From assembly GCA_050084515.1 (NCBI GenBank), contig CM114271.1:19344001-19408000 (forward strand): 64,000 nucleotides of DNA. Reading direction: 5' to 3'. This DNA is from Blasia pusilla. Taxonomy: Eukaryota. Position 1 is the first letter of the stretch. Each line of letters begins with the position of its first letter. Both the position numbers and the translations under genes were made by a program. Of this stretch, positions 1 through 11,159 are shown piece by piece. A model generated the notes under the pieces. That model ran no database searches. It was not told the origin of the DNA and was given only the letters and a program-made list of their open reading frames with translations.

Positions 1-301
1 GGAGATATGGCGACTTTAGCAGCATTTTGTTGTGCCATCACTTGGCCTAGTGCTTTGATTGAGGGACATGTCCATACATAGGATACTACCGTTTGTGACA
101 TTTCTATGGAGAGGAGTGTCATGGTAGCTTTGGGGCTCGATTAAGGAGCTTCGACGCTTAGCCTATGAGCATGTGCAGACCGTGTGGAGCGAGACGTTTG
201 CACTAGAGTGTGATAGGTCAGAGGAACCCCAGGTAGGCAGGAGTGTTGCTATGACCCCTTTGGAAACCACCCGGATTTTGTGATGCATCCCAGAGGAGGA
301 T

Positions 302-1252
302 ATTCGGGTGTTGGATCTCTTTGGAGGGATGAGCAGTGGGTTAGCTGTTGTTTTGTACGCTGGAGTGCACATACAATAGTACGTGTATGTGGAGATTGAT
401 GATGTTACAAGACGCGCTTCACTTCACCGTGTGGCGCAGTTATGCCTCCGTTTTCCCAACTTCTTGTCTGCGTCCGCCATTCAGGGTTACTAGAGTTCCT
501 TACCGAGGGACATTTCATTGTTGGGGGCGCATGACTTGGAGCGGGTAGGGATTGTAGGCTTGGTCATTTCTGGTTGGCCGTATCAGGGCCAATCGAGTGT
601 TGGACGAGGTAGCAAGTTAGCTAACACTCGGTTGAGGTTGTTCTGGGAGATGATGCGGATCTTGCAAAATTTACAAGAGCATTAGCCTCATTCTCCAGCA
701 TACATTTTGGAGAATGTGCCGATTTTGGGCGATTCGAGGTCCTACGTGGTGACGAGTGCACATTAGGTGCGCGTATGGATCGGCCCCACAGTGTTGTTAG
801 ATGCGGAAAGTGTAGGTTCTAGAGCACACCGCCCGTGTCTTTGGTGGACCAACTTGGTACCATATGAGGTGTTGCGGAGGGCTTACGCAAGAGTGGAGCG
901 TCCCTTTGATTTGTTGGTGGATTCTGTATTGGATTTGGGCGGTCAATCACAGGAAATTAGGCTAGATGATCGACCACCGTTGATTGTGGTCAATAGGATT
1001 GGTAGGCCACGGGCAACCTTTCCCACATTGGTGAGTTTTCCCGCTTCCTATGCATTCAAGGAGGCCGGAACTGGCTTGGTTTGGGATGACCAAGTACAGA
1101 GGTTGGTGGATCTCAACGCAGATGAGCGAGAGCGAGCGATGGGATTCCCCACAGGAGTGACGGCAGTACCGTCACTATCAGAGGCATCACGACGTCATGT
1201 CTTGGGTTAGGCAATGGACTTAAACTGCTTGACATGGATTTTTAGCTTAGGA
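302..1252 (+). pseudogene. Retrotransposon-encoded DNMT3-like C5 cytosine methyltransferase domain (copy 1; catalytic Cys mutated to Tyr, in-frame stops)
   Basis: All in one frame: IRVLDLFGG (motif I, 302), YVEID (II), DI..L (III), LVISGWPYQG (IV, TAT at 581-583), ILENV (VI, 710-718), GSRAHRPCLWWTN (VIII), ERERAMGFPTGVT (IX), SRRHVLG*AMDLNCL (X). Resembles the DNMT3 catalytic domain (RARYFWGN; EMERVFGFP..T; ARQRLLGRSW). Confidence 0.9.
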
Positions 1253-1532
1253 GTAGCTGAGCAGCGTCGTTTGAGGATGCGACAGATCACAACTCTTACG
1301 CTAGTGAGCCCCATGCCTACGGAGATGGTTGAGGCAGTGGCTGGCGGCCAAACTCGAGGAGATCGACACACCAAAGGTGATCGGAAGAGACACCCTTGGA
1401 CTTCTTGGGATGTTTTGCAGGTACGCCAAGAGATGATAGCCACAACATTGAGCGTGGTTCCGGGTACTGCATGTGGAGATGAGAGTTCTATTGTCCGAGG
1501 CGGGGTTTCATCATAGCAACCATCGACATCCG

Positions 1533-2167
1533 TATCGTGCAAATACACATCGCTACACAACATACATCGTTGTCATCTAACACACACACAAACACACACG
1601 ATCCCATGCTAACTCATGGCATCCAAACAGCGAGACAAGAAGTACTAAAATATCTCCAATAAAGTAAGATCCAATCTCTCTCCACACTATCTCACACCAT
1701 AGCTCTCAAAGGTGTGCACTCTCTCTCATGTCAAACCAAACCCACTCTCCTAATGAGCGGCTTGGGTGACACTCACAAGGCAAGGGACCATAGCTCCGCT
1801 GCCTTATGCCAAGAGGTTCAACAAAGAGAGAATGAGCTCTCAAGCTCTCTCTTGGAGGTATATCCCCTTCCCTCTCCCAAGCCCTCTCAACCGTAACCTA
1901 TTCTCCCAAGTCACCTCCTTGGCTCTTGACCTGATGTAGGAGGTCAAGGGCCACTTACCAAAAATATAAAGTTGATCATACACTCAAAATGATACTTACC
2001 TAAAATAGTTCCTCAATATGGCTCCAAATGAGCCGAAACGAAGGAGAAACCTGCTCTCTTAGGTTTCTCAGGGCCTCAGTAGGTCATCCTCTGACTACTG
2101 AGCATTTTCTCCACTTCTAACAGAGGCTTTAACTAGATCTCACGGATCTATCCTAAAAGACGTGACA
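1533..2167 (-). mobile_element. Solo terminal unit (A+B, 635 bp) of the DNMT-Gypsy family, nested in reverse orientation in copy 1
   Basis: On the minus strand it reads TGTCAC...GCACGATA and is homologous to 5974-6620. Flanked by the 4-bp duplication TCCG (1529-1532 and 2168-2171). Removing it restores the linker QPSTSASESPTVVTMETWEP, collinear with copy 2. Confidence 0.88.
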
Positions 2168-2250
2168 TCCGCGTCGGAGAGTCCTACCGTAGTCACGATG
2201 GAGACTTGGGAGCCAAATATGGGTATTAAGTTGACAGAAGGAGAGCGGAG

Positions 2251-2692
2251 TGTTGGATTCTCTACATCCACTTCTTTGAGCACCATTAATCTGATCGGCC
2301 CCCTTGTATGAGGAGAAGCCTAGATTGATGGTTCCGACTTAAACGTCGGAGGAGTCATAGTAATATGACATAGGTGGTCTTAAGAGTAGCGTTACTAGGA
2401 TTATCTAACCCTTTATTGCATCAGGGTGCGGTGCACCCTAATGCAATCTAGAGTTAGGATTAGGGGAAAAAATTCTATTAATAGAAACAAAGAAAAATAG
2501 GTTAAAAACCCTAATATCCTGAGAAGTGAAATAGTTGGGAGCCGCAGCGGTAGCGGATTCTCGTATGTCGAGTTATCTTCATGTTTAGGTTCCATCGAAG
2601 CTCTTCTGTAAGCGTACGGACGAACTAGGCCACTTTGTATCTCTAAGTTTCGTAAAGATTTCAGTGGTTTCGTCACTTTCTATTTTCTAACA
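2251..2692 (+). mobile_element. Solo LTR, family L2 (442 bp; orientation arbitrary)
   Basis: TGTTGG...CTAACA ends with 5-bp TSD CGGAG/CGGCG. Removal restores the pre-RT frame (EGERR*IHQFL). Related copies at 24078-24293 and 24429-24777. Confidence 0.88.
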
Positions 2693-2699
2693 CGGCGTT

Positions 2700-4090
2700 A
2701 GATACACCAGTTCCTTAGGAATTATAGGATTTATTTTGCATTTAGTATGTATGATTTGAATACGCGTAAGGGTCCAGGGATCCGCATTGAGTTGTCGAGT
2801 GACACGCCGATCTTCCGACGACGCTACAGGTACAATGACATGGAGAGGGATCTAATTTAGGGTAGGAGCTAGGACTTGGTTGGAGCAAGACTAGTGGAGA
2901 TGTCGCATGGAGAGGATGCATCAACCACTGTCATGCCCGCCAAGAAGGATGTGCATGGCAACTTGAAGGACAGGCGGATGTGTGGAGATCACCAACCTAT
3001 CAATCGACACAGAAAGTTCAATAGGTATGCCATGCCCACTCCTGAGCAGATCTTTTGATGTTATTGGACATGCAAAGGTCTTCAGTTTGTAAGATCTTCG
3101 AGCCGGATACCATCAACTGCCTCTTAGATTGGAGGACAGGTAGAAGACGGCAATTTGGGGCATCGATCCTCATGGGAAGGATTGCTTGTACTAGTGGCGG
3201 TTCTTACCATTTGGGTTAAAGAACGCCCCGGCTGAGTTTTAGAGGGTCGTGGATAGGATCTTGGATTGGGTCTAGATTTTACTATGTGTTATATTGATGA
3301 CATCGTAGTCTTTAGCGCCACGGTTGAGGAGCATGATCCACAGCTAGAGGAGGTGTCTCGACGATTGTAGTTACATGGGCTGAAGCTACATCCAAGCAAG
3401 TGCAAGTTCTTCTACGACCAGATTGAGTACCTAGGTCATATGATATATCCACGCCTTGATGTGCAACACACAAAGGTAGAGGCTATTTCATGCATTTCAC
3501 ACCCTACAAATGTGAGTCACGTTTGTGCATTCATGGGATTGGAGAACTTCTATTGACGATACGTCAAGGGTTTTAGCTCGATTGCAAAGCGGCTGACCTT
3601 GCTGACCAAGGTGGATCAGAAGTGGCACTCGGGGGATGAGCAAGAGAGAGCATTTCAGATGCTCAAGGACAGATCAACGTCCGCGCCCATATTGAGGAGA
3701 CCAATCAGGGAGCGTCCTTTCCAATTGCATACCCATTGCAGCATATTGGGGCTTGGAGCCGTGCTCACCCAGCATGACGATGATGGTTGAGAGTTCGTGG
3801 TGGCTTACGGTAGTCGCTCAAACAACGCTGCAGAGGAAAAGTATAGCTCGTATAAGGATGAGTGCTTGGCTGCAGTGTGGGATGTCGCACATTTCAAATG
3901 TTATCTATTTGAAAATCCCTTTACCATCATTATTGATCATCAGCCACTTAAGTGGTTGATGGAGTCCAACAAGCTTATAGGAAAGCTTGCGAAGTGGGCT
4001 CTTTTGTTGTAGGAATATGACTTCCAGGTGGTGCATAGACCTGGGATGCTCAACCAGGATGCAAATGGTTTGAGTCGTAACCCATGCCCG
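2700..4090 (+). pseudogene. Reverse transcriptase + RNase H of Gypsy copy 1
   Basis: PAKKD..RRMCGD, RYAMPTPE, DLRAGYHQL, PFGLKNAPAEF, CYIDD (3287-3301), FQLHT, YSSYKDECLAAVW, DHQPLKWL. Multiple stops and frameshifts. Confidence 0.93.
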
Positions 4091-4439
4091 AGTCAATGAG
4101 ATGCGACTCGAGCTCGTTGGCATGGTGAGAGTGATGAGGAGTTGGTGCTAGGATGGCATGCGTCAGCCTATTTGGGCTTGTTGGCTATGGAGAGCTAGAT
4201 TGTTGAGACTTCTATGGCAAGGTCTCATGGAGAGTCCTAAGATCCAGAGTCCAGTGAGGAGACGACACGTGGCCGAGACATTTACGACGATGGAGTGGTC
4301 TTGGAGTACCTACGTACTTGCAGCGTTGCGAGCATAGTGGTTGCTAGAGAGCGGGATCAGATCCTACAACGAGCAAGACGGTTTTGATGGGAGGGGACAC
4401 ATGTGTTATGAGTGTGGGAGGATGGTAGAGTGTGTGTAG

Positions 4440-5670
4440 TGCCTCATTCTTTGCAAAGAGCACGTTTGGTGCATTATGTCCACGAGGAGCTACGTCATTT
4501 TGGAATGAAGCGAACGTACAGCTTGTTAGGTTCAATATTGATGGCGAGGCATGCAGATTGACGTTCAGCAGTTTGTTGCTAGATGCATGGTGTGTGATCG
4601 AGTCCAAGCATCTTTCAATGCTCCGACTCCACACTTGCATCCACTTCCAATCATGGGTTTAGGTTATAGATGGAGTTTGGATTTTGCAGGACCTTTGCCT
4701 TTGATGGAGCATCATAGTCGTTATGTGTTGGTGATGGTCAAGCACTTCTTAAAGTGGATACAGTTGGTTGCCTTGCCAGACGAAGCAAGTGAGGGAGTAG
4801 CATCTGCCTTCCTAGATCGAGTGCTAAGTCATTACGGCGCACCAGCTAAGGTGTTGATAGACTAGGGTACAAAGTTCCACAGGGAGTTTCAAGCCTTGTG
4901 TGATCAGTTCGATCGACCATCGCACTACTTCACGAGATCATCCTAAGGTGGATGGACTAGCGGAGCGGGTTGTGTAGACGGTGAAGTGAGGACTACACAA
5001 GTAGATTGGGACCTTCAGTTGCCGTGGTTGGCCATGGGATACACATTCAACAGGTAGGCATCCGTAGCCTCTTTCTCATCGTTCTTCTTGATTTATGGCC
5101 GAGAGCCAAATTTACTCTGCGGCCATTCATTGAGATGTTGGTGAGATGTTGAACCTTGATGACCCTGATGTATGGATGCGAGCATGTTCTCAGAGGGTTG
5201 AGTTGTTTTGGAGAGTGATGCCCAACGCGTTTGAGAACTTGGCGATTGCGCAACACCGCGATACGTTGAGGTATGCAACTATTCGGGGAGGTGGTTATCG
5301 ACCTACTATCCGGAGGTTTCATCAAGGAGACTTTATCTACTTGCAGCAGACGGCACTCACAACGTTGGATGTGACTGCAGGGCGCACCATCTTGAGAGAG
5401 CGTGAGGTTTTGCCATCCGGTGTTCTCTTATTGGAGGGACGCGATGGTATGGTTTGGAAGGGCCATATGCGTAACCATGCACCATGTCATCTTTTGAACA
5501 TGGACGGTACAATTGATCAATGTTTGCGGTGTATGTCGTGTGGTTTTACCCGTGGTGCAATCACTATGCTAGTCTATGATGGGTGTTCGAGAGGATGGCA
5601 TATGACATGTTTGACGCCACCTCTCACTAAGATTCCTCAAAGCTGATGGATGTATCCTAGATGTACATAG
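4440..5670 (+). pseudogene. DDE integrase + C-terminal PHD finger of Gypsy copy 1
   Basis: VHEELRHFG...CMVC zinc-binding motif, WSLDFAGPL, VLID*G, DGLAERVV. Then CMSC..MLVYDGCSRGWHMTCLTPPLTKIPQS*WMYPRC (5530-5664). Confidence 0.9.
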
Positions 5671-5852
5671 CGTAGATAGTTCTAGATTGTGACTTATATC
5701 TATGACATGGATGACAAGAAGGCAACTAACGATGGGTCCACATGAGCACCCTGCCTTCTTGCTCTTAGCGTCTAAGAGATGCATGTCATGGTAGGTAGGG
5801 ATAGATGGCAATCTGGAGTTAGAGGGACCTAACCACCAACTAGGGAGGCGAT

Positions 5853-6620
5853 TGGAGATATTTTGGTACTTATTATCTCGTTGTTTGGATGCCATGAGTT
5901 AGCATGGGATCGTGCGTGTTTGTGTGTGTGTTCAGTGACAACGATTTTGTTGTGTAGCGATGTGTATGACAGGTGTCACATCTTCTAGGATAGATCAGTG
6001 AGATCTAGTAGGCCGCCTTCATGAGTAGTGGAGGATAGGCTCAGTAGGTTGAGGATGACTTGCTCAGGCCCCGTGAAACGTGACAGACCAGGTTTCTCCT
6101 TCGTTTTGGCTCATTTGGAGCCATATTGAAGAACTTACTATTTTAGATAAGTATCATTTTGAGTATATGATCAACTTTCTATTTTTGGTAAGTGGCTGTT
6201 GACCTCCTACATGAGGTCAAGAGCCAAGGAGGTGACTTGGGAGCATAGGTTACCATGGAGAGAACTTGGGAGAGAGAAGGGCCGATATACCTCAAGGAGA
6301 GAGAGCTTGAGAGCTCATTCTCTCTTTGTTGAACATTTTAGCATGAGGCGACGGAGCTATGATCTTGCTTGCCTTATTTTGTAACCCAAGCCTCTCATTA
6401 GGAGAGTGGGTTTGGTTTGACATGAATAGAGATATGTGAGAGTGCACACATGTGAGGACTATGGTGTTGTGAGAGAGATTGGATCTTATTTTATTGGAGA
6501 TATTTTGGTACTTCTTGTCTCTTTGTTTGGATCCCATGAGTTAGCATGGGATCGTGCGCGTTTGTGTGTGTGTTCGGTGACAGCAATGATTGTTGTGTAG
6601 CGATGTGTATGCGCACAATA
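5853..6620 (+). repeat. 3' terminal modules of copy 1: B1 (5853-5971) - GG - A (5974-6494) - B2 (6495-6620)
   Basis: 5853-5967 and 6495-6610 are near-identical direct repeats (TGGAGATATTTTGGTAC...GCGATGTGTATG). A starts TGTCAC. The purine tract AGGGAGGCG lies before B1, not before A. Confidence 0.85.
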
Positions 6621-6786
6621 TCAATGACTAGAGTTATTTACCGATTGTCTAGCCCCAATCATTTCCTGTAAATGACTTGGCTTATATGACTCTAATGGTC
6701 ATGAGTCATTCTTAGTCATTTACAACAAAAAATTGACTCGACCTAGTCATTTATTGGAGTCATAAAAACCAAGATTTCCTCTAGTG
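6621..6786. mobile_element. CACTA/En-Spm-like DNA transposon terminus
   Basis: Ends ...GATTTCCTCTAGTG (reverse complement CACTAGAGGAAATC). Preceded by dense short subterminal repeats TGACT/AGTCA in both orientations. The other end is not seen. Confidence 0.65.
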
Positions 6787-7474
6787 ACATCAATTCTCCC
6801 TGGCGGCTTACTGACGTGGAACATAAAATGCATACAATGCAGACCGAGATTCAAGGTTTGTAGGAAAATTCAGGAAGTTGTGGCTCTAGGAGATCAGCTA
6901 AAGCAAGCAAGGGACCAAGTTCTCAACCTTTGCCAAAGATGTGTAGGGATATATAGCAAATGATCCAAAGTTATCTCTTCATTTGAATATCATCCAGTCC
7001 ATGGTCAGGGACTTTAGGGGATACACAATAGTACTTTTTCTTTACATTGCCATCTGTACTCTCTACTGTATTTTACCTTCAGCAGTAATATGAGCACGGC
7101 TTTAGCATGAACATTCCACACATTGCCTTTCACTTCTTGGATCTTCATATTTTTTTGTCACATTTTCTCCAATTGTATCATGGTCTCCAATTTGCATACT
7201 CCATCCAACATATAATATGGCTTTTTCATTACACTGTACTCATCAATATAACGATGGGCAAACCAATTATTTCTCTTAGTTCAGCAACGAGACAGACTCA
7301 TGCAAGACTCATACAAAATTTTGTTTACTACAACGTTCTTTTGCACAATATTTCACACATCCACAAACTAAAGTTAAACCAAGTGACAAACACTCTATCA
7401 TCATTTTTATGCTTTAATATACTACTGTCCACACTTCTGCGAAAACACATAATGTAATCTTTACTTTTCTAACA
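6787..7474 (-). mobile_element. Possible LTR fragment of another family
   Basis: Begins TGTTAG on the minus strand exactly where homology of copy 3 stops. Non-coding with a TATA-like CTATATAT; cut by the CACTA end. No partner or TSD visible. Confidence 0.3.
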
Positions 7475-8630
7475 ATACCCTAAACCCTAGCCCACTCTTC
7501 AAGAGAGAATCCAAGCTAAATACATGCAAGCCGCACTATATCACGGATACTAACAAGGGTCTGCAATCCTGAGTTCATCCAAGGTATACCCTCCTGGGCA
7601 CCTCAATGGGTGACGTGTAAACACAACTCACCTCCCTCCTAGCAGGTCACTACCAACCTGTAGTACACACAAAATAGCTCCCTAACAACTACACATGTGG
7701 TCCCCTCATGAGACCAACTACCAATTAACCCACGACCCTATAGATCCAAGTGGAGCCATACATGGCTGGGAAGGTCATCCTCTCCAAGGTTGTCATTCCT
7801 CATAAAGGGAAGGGTGACCTACACTCGTAGGTCGTCTCCTAAGAGCAGGTCACATATGACCTCTCAAAATAGGGGATCAGAAGACCCCTCTAAGGCCTTG
7901 ATACTATCTCGCCCTATGCCTCATCTACCATGATAGATGTCGTGCAAATACACATCGCTTTCAACATACATCGGCTGTCATGCACACGAATGTATGAGAT
8001 CCATCTAACTATGAATCCTAACATCTCTACACATGAACAAATGGACAACCCCAATCGCCCTCCTAGCTGATGGTTAGATCCCTCTAACTCTAGATAGCCT
8101 CCTAAACAAGTCTAAATGCCATGCACCTGTTTGGTGCTAAGATCAAGAGGTCGGGTGTTATGTCGCACCATCGTTAGTCACCTTCCTACAATCCATAACA
8201 TCAAGATTCATCTTGTATCTACCTATCACACCTATGTACATCTAGGATAAAGCGAACATCCCTGAGCAACCAAATCAACAGGCGGCGTAAAAAATGACAC
8301 ATGCCTTCCTCGATCACACCGATCACAAACTAGGATCGTGGCTACGCCTCTGGCAGACCCACACAACATGCATCTCAAGCCTACGGGAACAGCTGCCAAG
8401 CTCACATCAATCCCCCCATCTACCTTTAGAAGATGAAATGGCACACAGTTACATACATGATCTTTCCAAACGGTACCATCACGACCCTCTAAAACAAGGA
8501 CTCCTGAAGAAAAAATCTCTCGCACTCGCAAAATAGTTAGTCACGCCGTCCCGTCCAATGTCGTCAACGCTGTCTGTTGTAGGAAGACATAATTGCCAAG
8601 ATGGAACCTCCAAATCCCAGGATGGTTAAC
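7475..8630 (-). mobile_element. DNMT-Gypsy family copy 3, 3' fragment (integrase C-terminus, PHD, B1, A-like module)
   Basis: Minus strand: WRFHLGNYVFLQQTALTTLD...EGRDGTVWKDHV...CMLCGSARGVATILVCDRCDRGRH...YPRCT* (stop at 8232). Then the conserved GTTAGAGGGATCTAAC/purine motif, B ending GCACGACA at 7938, spacer TC, and A-like sequence from 7935. Confidence 0.88.
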
Positions 8631-11159
8631 TTCCTGTGAAGACTTCGAATGGAGTTTTATCATGAACTCCTACTGTTGGAGTTCGCTTGACTAAGAAGAT
8701 TGCACATGCTACAGCCTCTTCCCAATACACCTTAGGCATGTTCTTCTCATTCAGCATAGCTCGTGCCGCTTCAGCAATATGTCGATTCTTCCTCTCACCA
8801 CTCCATTTTGTTGTGGAGTGTAACGACAAGTCACTTGATATTGGATGCCATTCTGACGTAAATAGTCATCAAACTCTATTGAAAGATACTCTCCTCCTCC
8901 ATCACAACCCAATTTCAGAATGTGTTCTCCAGTCTGCTTCTCTACTTGAACTCTGAATGTTTGGAACATTGAGAATACTTCTGACTTGGATTTCATAAAG
9001 TATACCCATATATACCTAGAGAAGTCATCAATAAATGAAACAAAGTACTGGCAACCACTAAGGTTATGTTGTGATGTTGTCCACACATCACTGTGGATCA
9101 ACTCTAATATCTTGGATGTTCTTCTACCTTGCTTTGGAAATGGAAATCTAGCTTGTTTTCCAAATTGGAAAGCTACACATACCTCTAACGTAGCAGGACT
9201 CGCTAATTTAGAGATTCCTATTACTATATTAGATGATGAAAGACTCTGTAATCTTTGAAGATTCATATGTCCAATTCTTTTATGCCACACATTTAGATCT
9301 CGTGACTTGTTGGCCACTTTGACCATACATTGCTGTTTGAATCTCTGGCATAGAAACATCTAATTTGAACATTCTGCGAGATCTAGTTGCTTTGGCTATC
9401 GTACTCTGGTCATCCATTGTTTCAATGAAACAACCATCTGCGTTAAACTTCACTTGATAACCCTGTTCTACTATCTTTCCTATAAAGATTAGATTTCTTG
9501 CAATGGTAGGAACATAGAGAATATTTGCAAGAGCATAAAGACCATGTGATGCTATTGGAACTTTACCGGTATGCGTGATATGATGTTGAGAGTCAATCTC
9601 TTGTGAGTATAATTGGAGGATCGTTCACCGGCTTCAAACTACTGAACCATTTAGCTTGTGAGGTTATGTGGTTTGATGCACCGGAGTCAATATACCAATA
9701 TGCTGTCGAGTCTTTCTTGACCGTTGCTCCCATATGATGAGTCATGACCAAGAGATGCTCCGTTTGTGAATATTGTTATTCTTGGTACTGCTCTTGGTGT
9801 TATTGCTCCACATAGTTTTGTTGTTGTAAGGCTCCTATTCTCATATCTGCCTTCTTCTTGAAGAAAAACTTTACATAGTGACCCTTTATGCCACAGTAAT
9901 TGCAAGATCCAAGGACCCTCTATTGGTAGCCTCGACCCCAACGATTTCTACCATCACCACCTTGTGATTGTGTCTGTACTGGTTCGTAGTTGATTGAGTG
10001 ACGTTATATTGAGTGCTTCTTCCTCCATATGCTTGATATCCACCACGACCACGGAAGTTTTTGCCATGATCCCTGCCTTTGTTTGGTCCATAACTTGCAA
10101 ATAGCGCACAGTCTTGCAGACTAGACAAGCTACCGCTGCCTACTAGGCGCATTTCTTCACTGATTAACAGAGGAACTAACTCTTGAAAGGTTGAATACTT
10201 CTCTCTCACAGAGATAGAGGTCTCAAAGGACTTGTAATCCTTTGGAAGGCCTTGAAGAGTGAATAAAATCATATCATCATCTTCTATTGTCACTCCAATG
10301 CTATTTAACTAATCAACAATATGTCAGATACTCAAAATATAATCATTGATGCTCTACGATCCTTTCCTTACTTCGTTCAATTTCTGTTTTAATTGAAGCT
10401 TTTTGGCCTTTGTAGATGTCTGGAAGAACTTTTCCAATACATCCCAGGTCTCCTTTGGAGTATCAACATCTTGGATGTGACCTATCATTGGCGAACTGAT
10501 CGTTATTGAAATATAGTGGATTACTTGCCTTGCGCGTTTGTTCAAAGCTCAAACATTAAAGTCTATTGAGTCACCTTCTGGCTTGGCTTCATCACCTATG
10601 ACAAGCTCTCATAGTTCTTGACCCATGAGAAATTATTTCAAGCAAAATTTCCAAACATTGTAATTCTACTTGTCTAGCTTCTCGCCTGTGATTGTTGTTG
10701 AGGAATACTCCATGATAAACGATTTCACTCAAAAAAATGTAATTTCAAGCTTTCTACTGCTCCAATTGAAGCATAGACCACTCCTACATAGAAATCGACC
10801 TGCTCCTACATAGAGAGCAAACTGCACAACTTTTCTTCACTTATTGCACTTTCCTACACTGAAATTGCTGCTGCAGAAGCTTAGAGTGTCAGAATCAAGT
10901 GATTTTGGGTGCGTTGGAAAGCTCTTGACAAGCTCTACAAGACGGCTAGAACTTGCTTTTGGCATCATTCTAGCCGAAGCGGACCCAGATGGCAGAATCG
11001 ACCAAGAAAGCCCTAAAAAATGCCTCCAAAGTTTTATCACCGTCCAAGCTTCTCTTGAAATCTGCTCCCACGGAGCTATCAATAAAATTTCCTTCTCCCA
11101 AAATGAAATTGTGCCTTCTCTTGCCTCTCTTATCTCTTCAAATACCAAGAATTTCAAGT
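8631..11159 (-). mobile_element. Ty1/Copia internal fragment (5' leader, gag, protease, integrase N-half), no LTRs
   Basis: Closely homologous to 17120-19845: gag (LQGLPKDYKSF), CNYC..GH knuckle, YWYIDSGASNH protease, [33 protein letters not shown]. Truncated at both ends. Confidence 0.93.

Larger units (their letters stand above)
1..6620 (+). mobile_element. Ty3/Gypsy-type retrotransposon, copy 1 (DNMT-RT-RNaseH-IN-PHD), degenerate; 5' part lies outside the window
   Basis: Manual translation through stops gives C5-MTase motifs (302-1252), RT YIDD (3290-3301), RNase H, integrase HHCC plus core, and a PHD finger ending at TAG 5668-5670. Terminal repeat modules follow at 5853-6620. RT-RH-IN order is Gypsy. 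Two solo-repeat insertions interrupt it (1533-2167, 2251-2692). Confidence 0.93.

Noticed and set aside
1208-1210. Shared TAG in MTase motif X (also 14744-14746) as a second programmed stop
   Set aside because: It lies inside a conserved catalytic-domain motif and lacks the CARYYA context. A similarly shared TAG occurs inside RT (3192/15635), so recurrent CAG deamination explains it.
302-1252. Host DNMT3/DRM gene or bacterial restriction-modification contaminant
   Set aside because: No introns or N-terminal host domains, no neighbouring endonuclease, and it sits at the same in-frame pol position in two diverged retroelement copies.
5853-6620. DIRS/Ngaro element, suggested by the split-repeat-like ends and a methyltransferase
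   Set aside because: No tyrosine recombinase seen. The element has an aspartic protease, an HHCC/DDE integrase and a 4-bp TSD, and its MTase is C5-type rather than the adenine MTase typical of DIRS.
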